From Moniliella sp. 'wahieum' (Eukaryota), in NCBI GenBank assembly GCA_003971905.1, contig RSEE01000063.1:186001-250000 (forward strand): DNA of 64,000 nucleotides. Direction: 5' to 3'. Of the stretch, positions 50,502 to 62,322 are shown in pieces (positions within the stretch are counted from its first letter, which is position 1; the number at the start of each line of letters is the position of its first letter). A program made the translations under genes and the position numbers. The notes beneath the pieces are model-generated. The model had not been told where the DNA came from and did not search any database. It worked only from the letters and a program-made list of their open reading frames with translations.

Positions 50502-53500
50502 ATGACCCTCCTCGCCCGCCCGCCCGTCCCCGACCCTGACCCTGACCCCGACCCCGACGCCCTCGCCCTCGCCAGCCTGTACCGCGCTGCCTCCACCCGC
50601 GTCCACCCGCCCCTCGCCCCCCCTGGCCCCACCAGACTGCGCCCGAGGACACCGACGAGGCGGAAGTCCAGGACGACGCTGAAGAAATGGCCATCATCAA
50701 GGTCAGGGCGACGACGACGACGAGGATGACGATGACGACGACGACGAGCATGAGCAGGACGAGGACGGAGACGCCGAGCGCGGCGGTCAGTCCCAAGGCC
50801 CTGGGCCCGACATGGCTCTGCAGCTGCAGATGCAGCAGCTGCTCCAGACCCAACAGCAGATCCAGCAGCTGCAAGCCGCCCTCCTCGCCAAGGACTGCCC
50901 GCCCACGTTGTCAACAGCGCCGGTCCCGTCTCTTCTGCCGGCATGCCTGCGCTCCCCCCCCCCTCACTGCGCCCCTCGCGCCCCTCGCGCCGCTCACGCC
51001 CGCGTTGCTCGGCCACTCTCCGCTGCTGCCGCCCGTACTAGGCATGCTGCCCTCCAGCCCCAGCACCATTGGCCTCGGCGTCGGATTGGGCGTGGGGCCT
51101 GCGGGGCTGAGCCTTCCCCACTCCGCCCCCTTGGGCATGCCCACCCTCACTCCCTCTCCCGGCTTAGCGGCGCCCTCGGCGTTTAGCTCCTCCCCCCTCG
51201 CTTCGGCGGGGCTCACGCCTCCCGGGGAGATTGCCAGCCACCTGCTCCCTCCCCCGCTCCCCCTTCCACACGGAGCCCCCTCCCCTCGCTCGAGCAGCTG
51301 CGTGCGCGCATCCTCAATGAGCGGCACCAACAGTCGCTCCGCCGCAGTTGCCTCCACCTCGGCCGCGGCTCATGCCGTCGCGCGAGCGCACGCGTTGGAA
51401 AAGCTGATTGGCGTCGGGGCTGGCATTAGCCAGCGCCGCGCTCTTTCCCCTACCGACCACCTTGAAGCCGGGCGGAACCGGGCGCGGAGAAGAACGCTTC
51501 TGGGCCATGCAGGCACGTTGGACGAGGTCGAGGCTGAAAACGACATGGACGACGACGATCGTCGCTCGGCCCTCAACCCCGTTTGGAGGATGGGTCGGTC
51601 GCCTTGATCGTCACGGGCGACGACGAGACGAGCGAGAACAGTGAGGACGAAGATTTGCGTGGGGATGCGCTGCGGAGCGAAAAACGAGCGTCGCGCATCC
51701 CACTTTCGCAACCGCTTGCCCCGTTCCTGTCGCCACCCAGGGAGACCCTCGACGTCCCCCGTGGCCGACCCTCGTCCATCCGCCCAATCCGACAAGACTC
51801 ACAGATGAGCAACGTATCGGACGCATCCTCCTTTGCCCCGCCCGTTGTTACGTCGGTCTCGCACCATTGGCGGTCTGACTGCCATGGCGGAACAAGAACG
51901 TCGAGCAGAGTTCCTCGAGTCCCTCCTCACCCCTGAAGAGCGAGGCCAACTTCCGCGCCACTCACCTCCATCTTCGTCTTCGCCTTCACCCCCGCCTTCC
52001 CCTTCCCCCGCTGCCGCCGGACCCACACCCCGCTTGGCCGCCCGCGCCCAATTGCTGCGCAAGCTTTCCGCTCGCACTCCTGCAGGGCGTCCACCGCAAC
52101 CGCAACCCCAACCCCAAGGGAACACACACGTCTTCCCTTCCTCTCATGCCGAGTTGTTTAGCCCGCCGGAAGGGCAAGAAGGTACGCCCTCTCGCGATAC
52201 GTCTTTTGGCCTACTTTACTAACTTTGCTCAAGCCCCACCCATACATGTGAACGATTCGGACGAACGCAAAGCGTATCTCTCTCGTCCGCTCTCTCGTCC
52301 GCTCTCGCATGCCCAGGGACAGAGGGCGAGCATGTTGCGTCAACACAGTGGCGACGACTCGGAGTTGAGCGAGATCTCGGACTCGGAGAATGAGGGTATC
52401 GACGATGCATACTTAGCCCGGGTTGATCAGATGGCCGACACGCTCGGTCGGTTCACCGAGGAAAGCACCACGCGCACTCGAGCTACCAACTCGATATCTT
52501 CCAACATGGGCGCACCCCCAGTAGCGGCTGTTCCTCGGCACCACCAAACCCATCGCTCGTTCAACTCGGAGCCAGAGCTGGGGCTAGGCTTCCCCTCCAC
52601 CAACAATGGTAGCTCGGCTTCCTTAGTTCATCCTCCGCTCCCGCTCCCTCTCCCGCTGCACGCTCGATCCACTTCCACTTCGCACATGGCCCCTCCTCCT
52701 CCCGTTGCTCGCAGCACCCCCCACAGTCGCACGCAATCGGCCGCTTCGCCACTTGCTCCCTTTGCGCACCTGCACCCTTCGCCACATACCCCCCCTTCGT
52801 CTGCTGTGCTTTCCCACCCCCTTCCCTTGCTCTCCATACGACCCCTACACGGACGATCTTCACGTCTCCCACCCCTGTTCCGTTGGACATCCCCCCGGAC
52901 CATGGTACCAACAACCTTTCTTCTTCCGCCCACCTCTCTCCTACACCGTTACTGGACGTGTCCATCGCCCCCTCGCCTCCCTTGACCACTCCACCCCTCC
53001 CTCTCTCCCCTCTCACTCCGCCTGCGCGCCCACACCTTGTTCCCGACCCTGCGACGCACCATGCCGAACGGACCCATTTAACGCCCGACCGCTCTCCCTC
53101 ATTATTGGGTCGCTCACCATCCCAATCGGGCCGGTTCAAGCGCTCGCTCTTTGGCTCGCTCCGGCGTAAAAAGGCCCCGGAACCTTTAAGTGTGCCCAGT
53201 GCTGCGGACCGCGCTATGCCTTCCTCCTGGCAAGCGCGCCATACGCCCTCTACCACCCCTTTGTCCTCTACCTTGCCCCCTCCCACCCACTCTGCGCGTC
53301 TGCTTAGCCCCGTCTCGCCTTCACCTGACCTGCCGTTGGACCCGGGCAATTCGCAACCCACAGGGCTCATCGCAGGGGGTGGGACTGAGATCCACCCCCA
53401 CATGGCCCAGCGACTACGAAGCTATGCCCACGCCCTCTCTTCCATCTCCCCTCCCAATGTGCAGGGAATCAGTCCTTCACTTCTCGCCTCTCCTCCACGA

Positions 53501-55507
53501 CACTTACTGCGTGCCGTACCTGTCTTTCAAGTGGTCACGGCCAGTGGGATCAAAGACCGTTTCCTATTCGTTTTTACCGACTTGGTCATTGTGGCCAAAC
53601 CTGTCGCCGCTCCCGAGGGAGGGGGGATGATGCTTGGTATGGCCGATCTCAGTTGGCTGTTCAGTGTCAAGGCGATTTTAGAGCTGCGCACGCTCCGCCT
53701 ATCCATCCCGAAGGACTATGCGTCGGAACCGGTGCGTCCTCACCCGTTGATGAAGTCCCTCGTGGCGCGTTTCCCGCGCGACGCAGAGCGCGCAATCGAG
53801 GATGTGATTGCTCGCTCAGGCATGCCAGCTACGGACGAGACCAAAGCGCAACTGCTATCCCAAACGCCCGACTTGGACAAAAACGTATTGACAGCCTACC
53901 TGTGCCATCCGCGCAATGCCAGGGTGATGGACGCGTACATTGCCTGCCAACGCCTGGTTGGGGTATCGGTTGAGTCGGCATTACGAGCGCTACTGATGGG
54001 ACTACGTTTTCCTGCGCGGTACGCCGATGCAGAGCGGCTATTGCGTGCGTTTGTCACGCGGTGGACCGAAGCGAATGCGGCGCTGATCAAACCGGGCTTT
54101 ACACGCGCGATCGCGGGTGCATTGGTGATGGACATGTTCCGGCTGAACGATGGGCTACATGCGTCCGACCCATTGGCGCTGGTGCCGCGGTACATCTACC
54201 CACCCTCCTATGGTCCACCTTGGGACCGCACCACCAAGCCCGACACGTTTGTTGCCCATGTCCGCGCGCACGACCCGGGACTGATCTTATCGGACCAAAC
54301 CCTGATGCGGATCTACGCCTCGATCCGTGCTGAACCGCTCGCCGTCGCTCTGGCACCGGACGAACCACCCCCGTTGCCCATCTACCTCACTTCGCCCTTA
54401 CCCACCAAGATGATTTACGGCCAAGCCAGTGCGCTCGTGACGGTGACCCTACCTCGTGCCGATCGCGAATTTGCTCTGCGACTGTACGGAGCGGACATTA
54501 CCTTTGACCCGCCCGTCTTGACATTTGGTCAGGCGCGTTCGCGCAGCTTTAGTATGACGTCGCGGGTGCTGGGGCCGAAACAGGTGGTGTTTGTCCGGGC
54601 CGGACGAAGGAGTCGGTACTACGGCGAAACGTTGACGGTGGACGCGCAGCAGGGGGCTATACCACTGCCGCGCAGCGCGACCGTGGTGGTAGAACGCGCG
54701 TTTATGCAACATACGTTCCTTTTGACTAGCCCTTGGGACCACGGTGCTACTCCCAGTCCTACCCCCAGCCCTGGTTTGGCCCCTGGTTCTGGCGCTGTCC
54801 CTGGCTCTGGCTCTGGCTCTGGCTCTGGTTCTGGTCCTGGCCCTAGTTCTGGCTCTGGCCCAAGTTCCAGCACGGCGACCGGACGAAAGTTCTTGTTCAG
54901 CTTGGAGGACGGAGAAAAGCGGTCATTTGTGACCGACGCCTTGGCACAGCGGTTGGATGCACTTCGTCGTACGCCCATCACAACTGTACAAAAGTACCTG
55001 GAGACGGTTGGGGTAGAAGCGCTGCGGGAGGCGTTGATTGATCCTATGGACGAATCCAGTTCTCTCCAACGCAGTGTCAGTGCCAGTGCGCTTGCTCCTG
55101 GACCTGGATCGCGTCGAGTAGGGACGGGAGGAGCAGGAGGAGCAGGAACAGGAGTGACGGCAACGGTATCAGACGTGCCCGTTTCCGCTCCTGCTGTTCC
55201 CCCTCCATCCCTTGGGAGGGGGGGCACGCTTCGTCACGCCTTGGGCGGTTTGACGCGCAAACTAGACCGGGTGGCTAGCTCGGCAGGTACGAGTCATCGA
55301 CCCTCTGTGGCGGGTACGGCGCCGAGCGAGGGACGGGAGGGGCCAAGTGCAAGTACGAGTGCCAATGTGAGTACTGCTGCAAGTGCAAGTGTGCCTCCAA
55401 ATGGCAACACGGTGCCAGGCGCACCGATCACGCTTACGGGCGCAGAGATTGTGGCCATGTGCGAACACAATTCCTTGTTGGCCCCCCTTTGGGCACAACG
55501 GTCGTGA
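50502..55507 (+). CDS. Large protein: disordered N-terminus, PH-like domain and degenerate Sec7 domain
   Basis: KDRFLFVFTDLVIVAKP (PH-like). LDKNVLTAYL...VMDAYI...GVSVESALRALLMGLRFP...ERLLRAFVTRW...MFRLNDGLH...LMRIYASIRAEPL follows the Sec7 pattern. The upstream ORFs are joined by inferred frameshifts. Confidence 0.78.
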
Positions 55508-55740
55508 AGCTTGATGCAAGGTGAGCCTCATCAGCTGGTGCAGTCATGAGAGCTGTTGGCCGCTCTCCCTGAGGGTTAGAGCCCGCTGAACCCCGAACGT
55601 CCAACTTCGATCTTTGGATCCTTAATCATTCTGATCAAACAGTTTCTAGGTACAATAACTGCCCTTCCCCCCCTCGTTTAGCATCATGTCTGCCGAGCCC
55701 GTTCTTGAAGCATACAAGACGTAATTGGTGCAACTTCTTA

Positions 55741-55845
55741 TTTTGTTCTGTTCTGTTCTGTTTTGTCTGTTGATTAGGGCCGTTTTGTTCTGTTCTGCTT
55801 TGGTTTTTGGCGTGGCTTGGTTTGGTTTGGTTTGGTTTGGTTTGT
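55741..55845. repeat. (TTCTG)n and (TTTGG)n pentamer microsatellites
   Basis: Read directly. Confidence 0.9.
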
Positions 55846-56915
55846 GGTTGGGCTGCAGTTCATGTGGTGGTAAAAGTCGTGACAGAAACCGTATCGCATG
55901 GCCATACTGCGGAGTTAAAAGTGGCATGCGGGGCATATTTATCTTTCTTCCTCCTTTTCCGTCTGTCCGTCCTCCTCGGCCGCCCCTCCCCCCCGTTCTC
56001 TCAATCCACTGTGATGGTTTTGTTGAACAAATGCATAGGGCATGTAGGTGGACGAGGGCTATATTGTTCCTGTATACCATAGCAGAAAGAGCCGATACAA
56101 GCTTGAAGCTTGATTGAAGCTATCCTGGCACAGGCATCAACTCTTACGATCCCTCTGATCCTTGTTTTGTCTTCCCTCCGACCGTCGCCATGATACACTG
56201 CAACTCCACGCGATGCTCGTCCATTTTCTCTTCGAGATAGGTTTGCTCTCATCCCTTTTATTGGGTCCGAAAACTGTGTGAGGAGAGGACGATTCTGAAT
56301 CGATGGATTGGGAGTCTCTCAGTTTGTTTCGTATCCTTTTGAGCTACCATCTGCATCGGGACCGGCGACTGCAACGGCCTAGTACATCGGTTGGAGAACC
56401 ACTAGCATACGGGGGGGCAGGAAGCGGATCTGAAATGAATGTTGAACGTTGAACGCTGATCGATGATCGATGATGCTAGTTTTGAAATGTATAGCTGCTA
56501 CTCCAGCGGGTAGGCACAGGCAGGCACAACCGTCTGCACTAGTAAGTGTTACAGAAACGACACAAAAGGTTTTGTCGGCAGCCTGGGGAGGCTGTGCCGC
56601 GTGTTCCGGGTTGCAAAGGAGAGGCATTTCACCCGCAAGACTAGGTTCATAACATCATGTCCGGTACAAGAACAGTGGTATGGACCCTCCGAGACGGCGC
56701 TACAGAGGGGCTAGATCTGAGAAAGGAGGCGACACCCGCCTCTTAGAAGATGCAACCGCTGGAGCAGCCGTCAGCCTCGAGGGGCCCATACACAATGCAA
56801 TATGGGGGCTCGGGAACAACTCGAATATTGTGAACACCCAAAGCAGAGAACAATGTAGTTGTTCTCCACCATCCGCAATCCCTAGCTCCTTGCTTCTTTT
56901 GCCCTCTTCCTCGTC

Positions 56916-59900
56916 ATGGACGCATCAGGTCTCGCCACCCCCAAATCACAGTCGGACGGCGCTGTCCAAACGCCGCGAAGGAGCCCTTATCCCCCGCTAG
57001 CGCTAGTGTACGCTTTGCGCGATCATTTAACCACCCTCGTGCCGCGCCGGATCCATCTAAGGAACAACAATTCAATCCTTCTCCCAACCTTTTCCATCCA
57101 GAATGGACCTTGCTTCCTCGTAAGAATCAAGTGCCACTGTTGCGTCGTCCTTCGGATGCGGCTTTTCTTGCCCAAAGTCCTCGGGGCACAGAGTACTCCC
57201 CAATCACAAGCGACCCATTGTTTCCTTGGTTGGGACCTTCTACCAGCAAGTGCACAGTACGTTCTTCACTTTCAGCCCATGGTGTGGTTTCTGACTTCTT
57301 CACGACCACAGGAAACATCCAGAGGGACTGGCTGAGCTCAGAGAAGAAGCTCTATCCTTTGGGATCTCTCTCGATTCCAACCCAACAGGACTCACATCGA
57401 CCTTTGAAGATTCGGACGAGGATGAAGAGGAGGTGCCTACGTTGACCAGTGGGAAGGATAGTCTCCGGAAGATCAAGAATGGCTTTCGGTCTCTCGGAAG
57501 GTCTGCCAAGCCTCCTTTTCCTTCAGTAACGCCCACATTGCAAAAGACGACACATACTTTGGGGAGCAGGGACTCGGAGGGCACCATGGAATCGACTGCT
57601 TCGCTCCGAAGTAGGGCGAGGTTCATTCCCCCTTCTACACCAGGGCGTGGGTCTGACTTTGGTCCTGCCTTGTCCCTTCACGAGAAGGGAGATAACGCCC
57701 CTTCCACCTTTCCAAGAGTGGAGCACCAACGCAGCCTCTCGGGCTTCCCTATGCTTTCTCCATTCCGCACTGGAGGAAAGAGATCCTTGGCAGAACCCGG
57801 TCGAAGCCCAAGCCAAATGGGACTTGGTGGGTTAAGTGCCCATGATGGTACCCCCACTCGTGCCGGGGTCATAAGCCCCGACTTGCCCCCCAGCCCTACG
57901 CTAGCCACGCAACGCGCTCAAAAGAGGGTGGAGTACAAGACCGAAGACTTATTTGACCGAATGGCCTCTACTGAATTCTCCTCTAAGGCTCGGGGAAATC
58001 GCGAAGCTTCGATCCCCCTGCTTCATGAGGGTGCCAGACCAAGAAGGAAGTCTTCAATCCAGGATACGTCAATGAAGGTATCTCTTCCTGACCGACCTAG
58101 TACGGTGATGGACATCGCTAGCCCTGGAGTGGAAGATATTCCACCTCACCTGTCACGTCGGTTCTCAGCCCGTTCAGCTTCGGACGCAGATGGGACAGGT
58201 TCAATGTCCTCCATCCACCGATGGTCGACAGAATCGAACGCCCGCCGGGACGTCTCCCAAACAAGAGCAAGTCAGTTGCTTGCTTCTCTTTTGGCAGAGA
58301 TCGAGTCACAAGCCAAGCAAGGGGGGCAAACTCGACACAGCCGGGAAGCTCATACACTCTTCCATCACCAGGTACATGCCCCATGCCAGCCCCACTGGAG
58401 CTGGACGAACCACCCACTTCATCGGAGTGGGCTCAAGAATCTCCTACGGTCCTTTGTATGGACTCGGCAGTCTTGCCGAGTGCGCCCCCCCAGGCTGGTG
58501 AGGAGGGGGGACTTGTGCCTGAGGTGGAAGAAGAGAACTGGTCACGTCCGAATCGGAGGAAGACCTACAACCTGAACCGCTTCCAGAATCAAGCGTTGAA
58601 GAACCATCAAACTTGATCCGTGGTATGACGGGACGTCGAGCAAAAAACCAACAAATTCCGGTCAGTGTATCTTCCTTATCGAGTCTGTGCTCCCCACTTG
58701 GCACAAATGGAAGCCAGGACAAGGACCAGCGTCATTTTCTCTCTTTTGTTGGTATCCCGTCTCTTCCTCCCCCCGCGCCACAGAATTTGAGGGAGAGAAA
58801 GGCAAGCGATCAGGGCAAGTTAGGGATTCATTCATCATCTCTCTATGTTGATGAGCCTGTTGAACACTCATTATTGCCTTTACACCCTTCTATTTCGAGG
58901 GATTCTTTTGGGGATGAGAAAGAGGAGAAAGCACCGCCCTGGATTTGGGAGCTGGTCGCATACGGAAAGGAAGGTTCTCAGAAGGTGAGGCTTTCAATCG
59001 AAAGCAGTACGTTCTTCCCTTCGCTTGGCACGCTATGTGGCCCTCCCCACGCTCCCAAACAAGGCCAGTTCAGTGCCTTCCTCCGTACCCTTTTGAAGGA
59101 TCAGAACGAAACACCCGAAACTGCTCCTTCTTCCAGGCTGGTGTCGCCTCCAAGTGGTAAAAATGGGAAACTATGGCCTCTAGCTTCGTCACCCAAACAG
59201 TCTCACACCAAAGGCACACATTTTTCTGGTGGCATGGGAAACACGTCTGTTGGCATGGGGAGCACTTCTGTTGGGTTGACGGTCAACACAGCTGCCGCCA
59301 CAGAATGGGCCCTGTCGCCTGCACCCAAATCGTCTTCCCACTCCAATTGGCGCAGCAGCACCGGAACGTCACCTCATCCCACCTGCATTAGTCCCAATAA
59401 TTTCGGGATCCACGATCGTGCACGACGTGCCAGCAGCAGTTTTGCCGAGGGGGTCAGTTCGGCAAACATCAGCCACTCTGTCTTGAATCTCTTTGGGGAG
59501 AACCTGTTTGGCCTGAATTCGTTCGAGCTTGCACCCCTGAGCGTCTCTTCGGCTACCAGTGGTGGATTCTTAGCAGTTCCCCTCCCTTCCCTCCCGCTAC
59601 ATCTCTACAGCAACGGTGCGAGGGACCTTCTCCCAAAGAAGGCAGTTATCTCGACATGCTGGATGAAGACGACGACGAACCCGCCCCATCTTCTCCATTT
59701 GTCCCGCGCTCTCAGATCCCGAATTGTCATGCTGAAGAGGAGGAGGCCGTCGAAGATGACTGCTGTCTCCACATTCGACTTCGTCGCCCCGCCCACCTAT
59801 ACCCCGCCCTTCTTTCTTTGCTTGCAACCGACACGATTCTCGATCCGGAACCTCTTCATGATGTGGACTATAAGGCAGTGCAGATGGAGGCGGCATTGCT

Positions 59901-59940
59901 TGGCTACAAACCGAGCGACTTGGGTGTTGAGTGTTTTTGA
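56916..59940 (+). CDS. Hypothetical Ser/Pro-rich disordered protein (frameshifted)
   Basis: Consecutive plus-strand ORFs (57433-58575, 58221-58616, 58613-60115, 59656-59940) share an S/P-rich composition. No domain recognised. Confidence 0.6.
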
Positions 59941-60725
59941 CTTTTGTGATATCAATGGATCCGATTCTTCCAAGTATGAAGAGTCTTCTTCTCGGTTTTT
60001 ATCTCAGCACGTTGGGGGGGACTTTGTGTTTTCTCCTTTCATCAGTGGCGATGATGCACTGATGTGTGTGTTACCAAAATACTACACCTCACAACAAGAG
60101 GGGATATTGGTGTAGCCGCAGGCATTATTCCTGTAGAAGTATATACTAGTGTTAGACGTAGCGTTCCCCTGCCCCAGCCTTCTTAAGTCTGCCAATGAAA
60201 TGGAAGTTACTAGTGCGGGTGGTGGCCATATATCATTATTGGCACGATGGGGACTTTTGTGGTGTTTGGCGAGGTGGACCGCTAATGCCCGTGTCGGGAT
60301 GCCTGGCCTGCAATCCATGCGCGCTCCAAGTCGATGGCCTGTGCCCGTTTGGGCTGGGGGCGGGGGGGATATGCAGCCGCTACGTGCTGAGGCTGAGTCG
60401 GGTGGTAAAAACGAGAACGCGAGGACGTGGACAGCTCGAAGGGCCTGAACAATTTAATGGAAAGGAAGCGGAGTTGCTAATTGGCTGACATGTGAGACAT
60501 GTGACACTTGTGACACTCAATCACCTGCGATGACGTTTAGCGGAGTGGGCAGTGTGCGCAGCAGCGGGGGGGGGCGCACTGGGCGGAGCTTGCTGGAGAG
60601 TGAAGCTTGACGCTCTGCGCGCTCCGCCGGCCCTCGCCACCTCCACCGTCGGCCATGGCCCTCTGACCCACCCGTCCATCTTCGTTCTTACCGCCCCCTC
60701 CCCCACTTAAGTACCGTCCGCAGCC

Positions 60726-61954
60726 ATGGCGCTCGCCACGCTCGCCGCCGTTGGGTTGGCAGTCTGCCCGCCGCTGGTGTACGCCGAACAAGCCTACCGG
60801 ATGTACCAGCGCCAGGATAGCCGTGGGTTCGCCAAGGAAGTGTGTGGCGTCTTGCTTTTTGCCAATGGGGCACGTGTGCTCTGGTGGTTCTCCGAGCGCT
60901 ACGAAACACCACTCTTGGTCCAGGCTGTACTGATGATTGCCGCCCAACTCTTTCTCCTCTATCTGTGCATCCGCTTCATGCCTGCCGCACCTGTCTCTGA
61001 GCTAAGATCCAGTGGGGCCAATCCAGAGCCTGTGTTTGATGCTCAGGAAGAACAGACGCTATATCCTCCTCCTCGGACACCACGTTTCCAATGCGTGTCG
61101 ACCCGCCCCGGAAGAAATCCAAACTGAGGAGGGAGAGGGACACCATGCACCTTCGCATTCCGTTCCGGACTATGACGACGTCTCTCCTTCGCAGGGACGT
61201 TGGACGTTCATGCACCGTTTTCTCCGACATCTACGTACCTCGCCTCCTGGCTGGCATCGTCCGTTGAACCTCTGGAACTGGCCTCACTTTTCCACGTGTG
61301 TACCTTCCCACTCCCAATTGAAGCACTTAAGGCTGACCCACCGACAGATATGCAGCCGTCTACGCTGGCTACATGGCCATCCTCGCCATCTTACAGGTCG
61401 CCTTGGGCTGGTCCAAGGCGTACAATGCCGTGCTTGGTACGTGGGCTATGGGGGTGGAAGCTCTGCTTCCTCTGCCGCAACTCGTTCAAAATCAAAAGCG
61501 CAAGTCACTTTCGGGTTTCCAGCTCTCTGTCCTGGCCGGTTGGACAGGCGGAGATGCATTCAAGACAGTGTACTATGTTATTCGCAAGGCACCATTGCAG
61601 TTTACTGTTTTTGGCGCGTTCCAATTAACTGTTGATCTTGCCATTTGCGTCCAGGCATATCTCTTCCGCTCCCAGACGGCGCAGGACAACGCCCTTCTTG
61701 CCGCTGAGGAAGGGACTAGCCCTAGTGCATTTTCTCCAAGAGGTTCTCCACGCTCCAGGGATCCCCTCTTGCGTGGCGACCCACTTTCTCATACTGGTTC
61801 AGCAGATGAGGTGGAACTCTTGCCCCGTTCTTCAGAGGCAAGCGAACGCGATATTACGTCCCCCCACAAACAGTCTCTGGAACAGGCTTCTCGCGCGTCG
61901 GTGCCGGACGAATCACCCTACGCTATTGGGAGCGACGATGAAGAAAAAGACTAG
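60726..61954 (+). CDS. PQ-loop membrane protein (Any1/SLC66A2-like)
   Basis: PPLVYAEQAY...SRGFAKEVCGVLLFANGARVLWW...LLVQAVLMI, and a second repeat VEALLPLPQLVQN...SLSGF...GWTGGDAFK...APLQF. Intron ~61296-61347. Confidence 0.9.
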
Positions 61955-62322
61955 CGCATGCCATGGTTTAAGATGAAGGGAAGGACGCCGACATAGGCAG
62001 GCTGCAGAGTGGGGCAGGAAATGAAAGCGTGCAATGGAATGGGGAGAGAGGGCTCATATACATAGGTCGTGCATGAGCCTGTTCGTCAGCAAGGGAACGC
62101 TGTTTTCTTCTACTTGTTAAGGCCGCGCCCTGCACCCTCCACCTTATCCATCTCTTCAAACATGGGTATTATCTTAAGACATCAGGTAGCGCGACATGCT
62201 CGGGGGCAAATATGCCCTACAGACCAGGAGGCCGTCGATTCATTTTTCCAGTGTCAAGCGGTGAGCCTTTTAGCGCATCAGGCCTCAGGCCGCTCCGCCA
62301 TTCGTTGGGGTGGTGACCCATC

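Noticed and set aside
55800..55845. Telomere-like G/T-rich repeat
   Set aside because: The unit is TTTGG, not TTAGGG. It is a short, ordinary microsatellite downstream of a gene.
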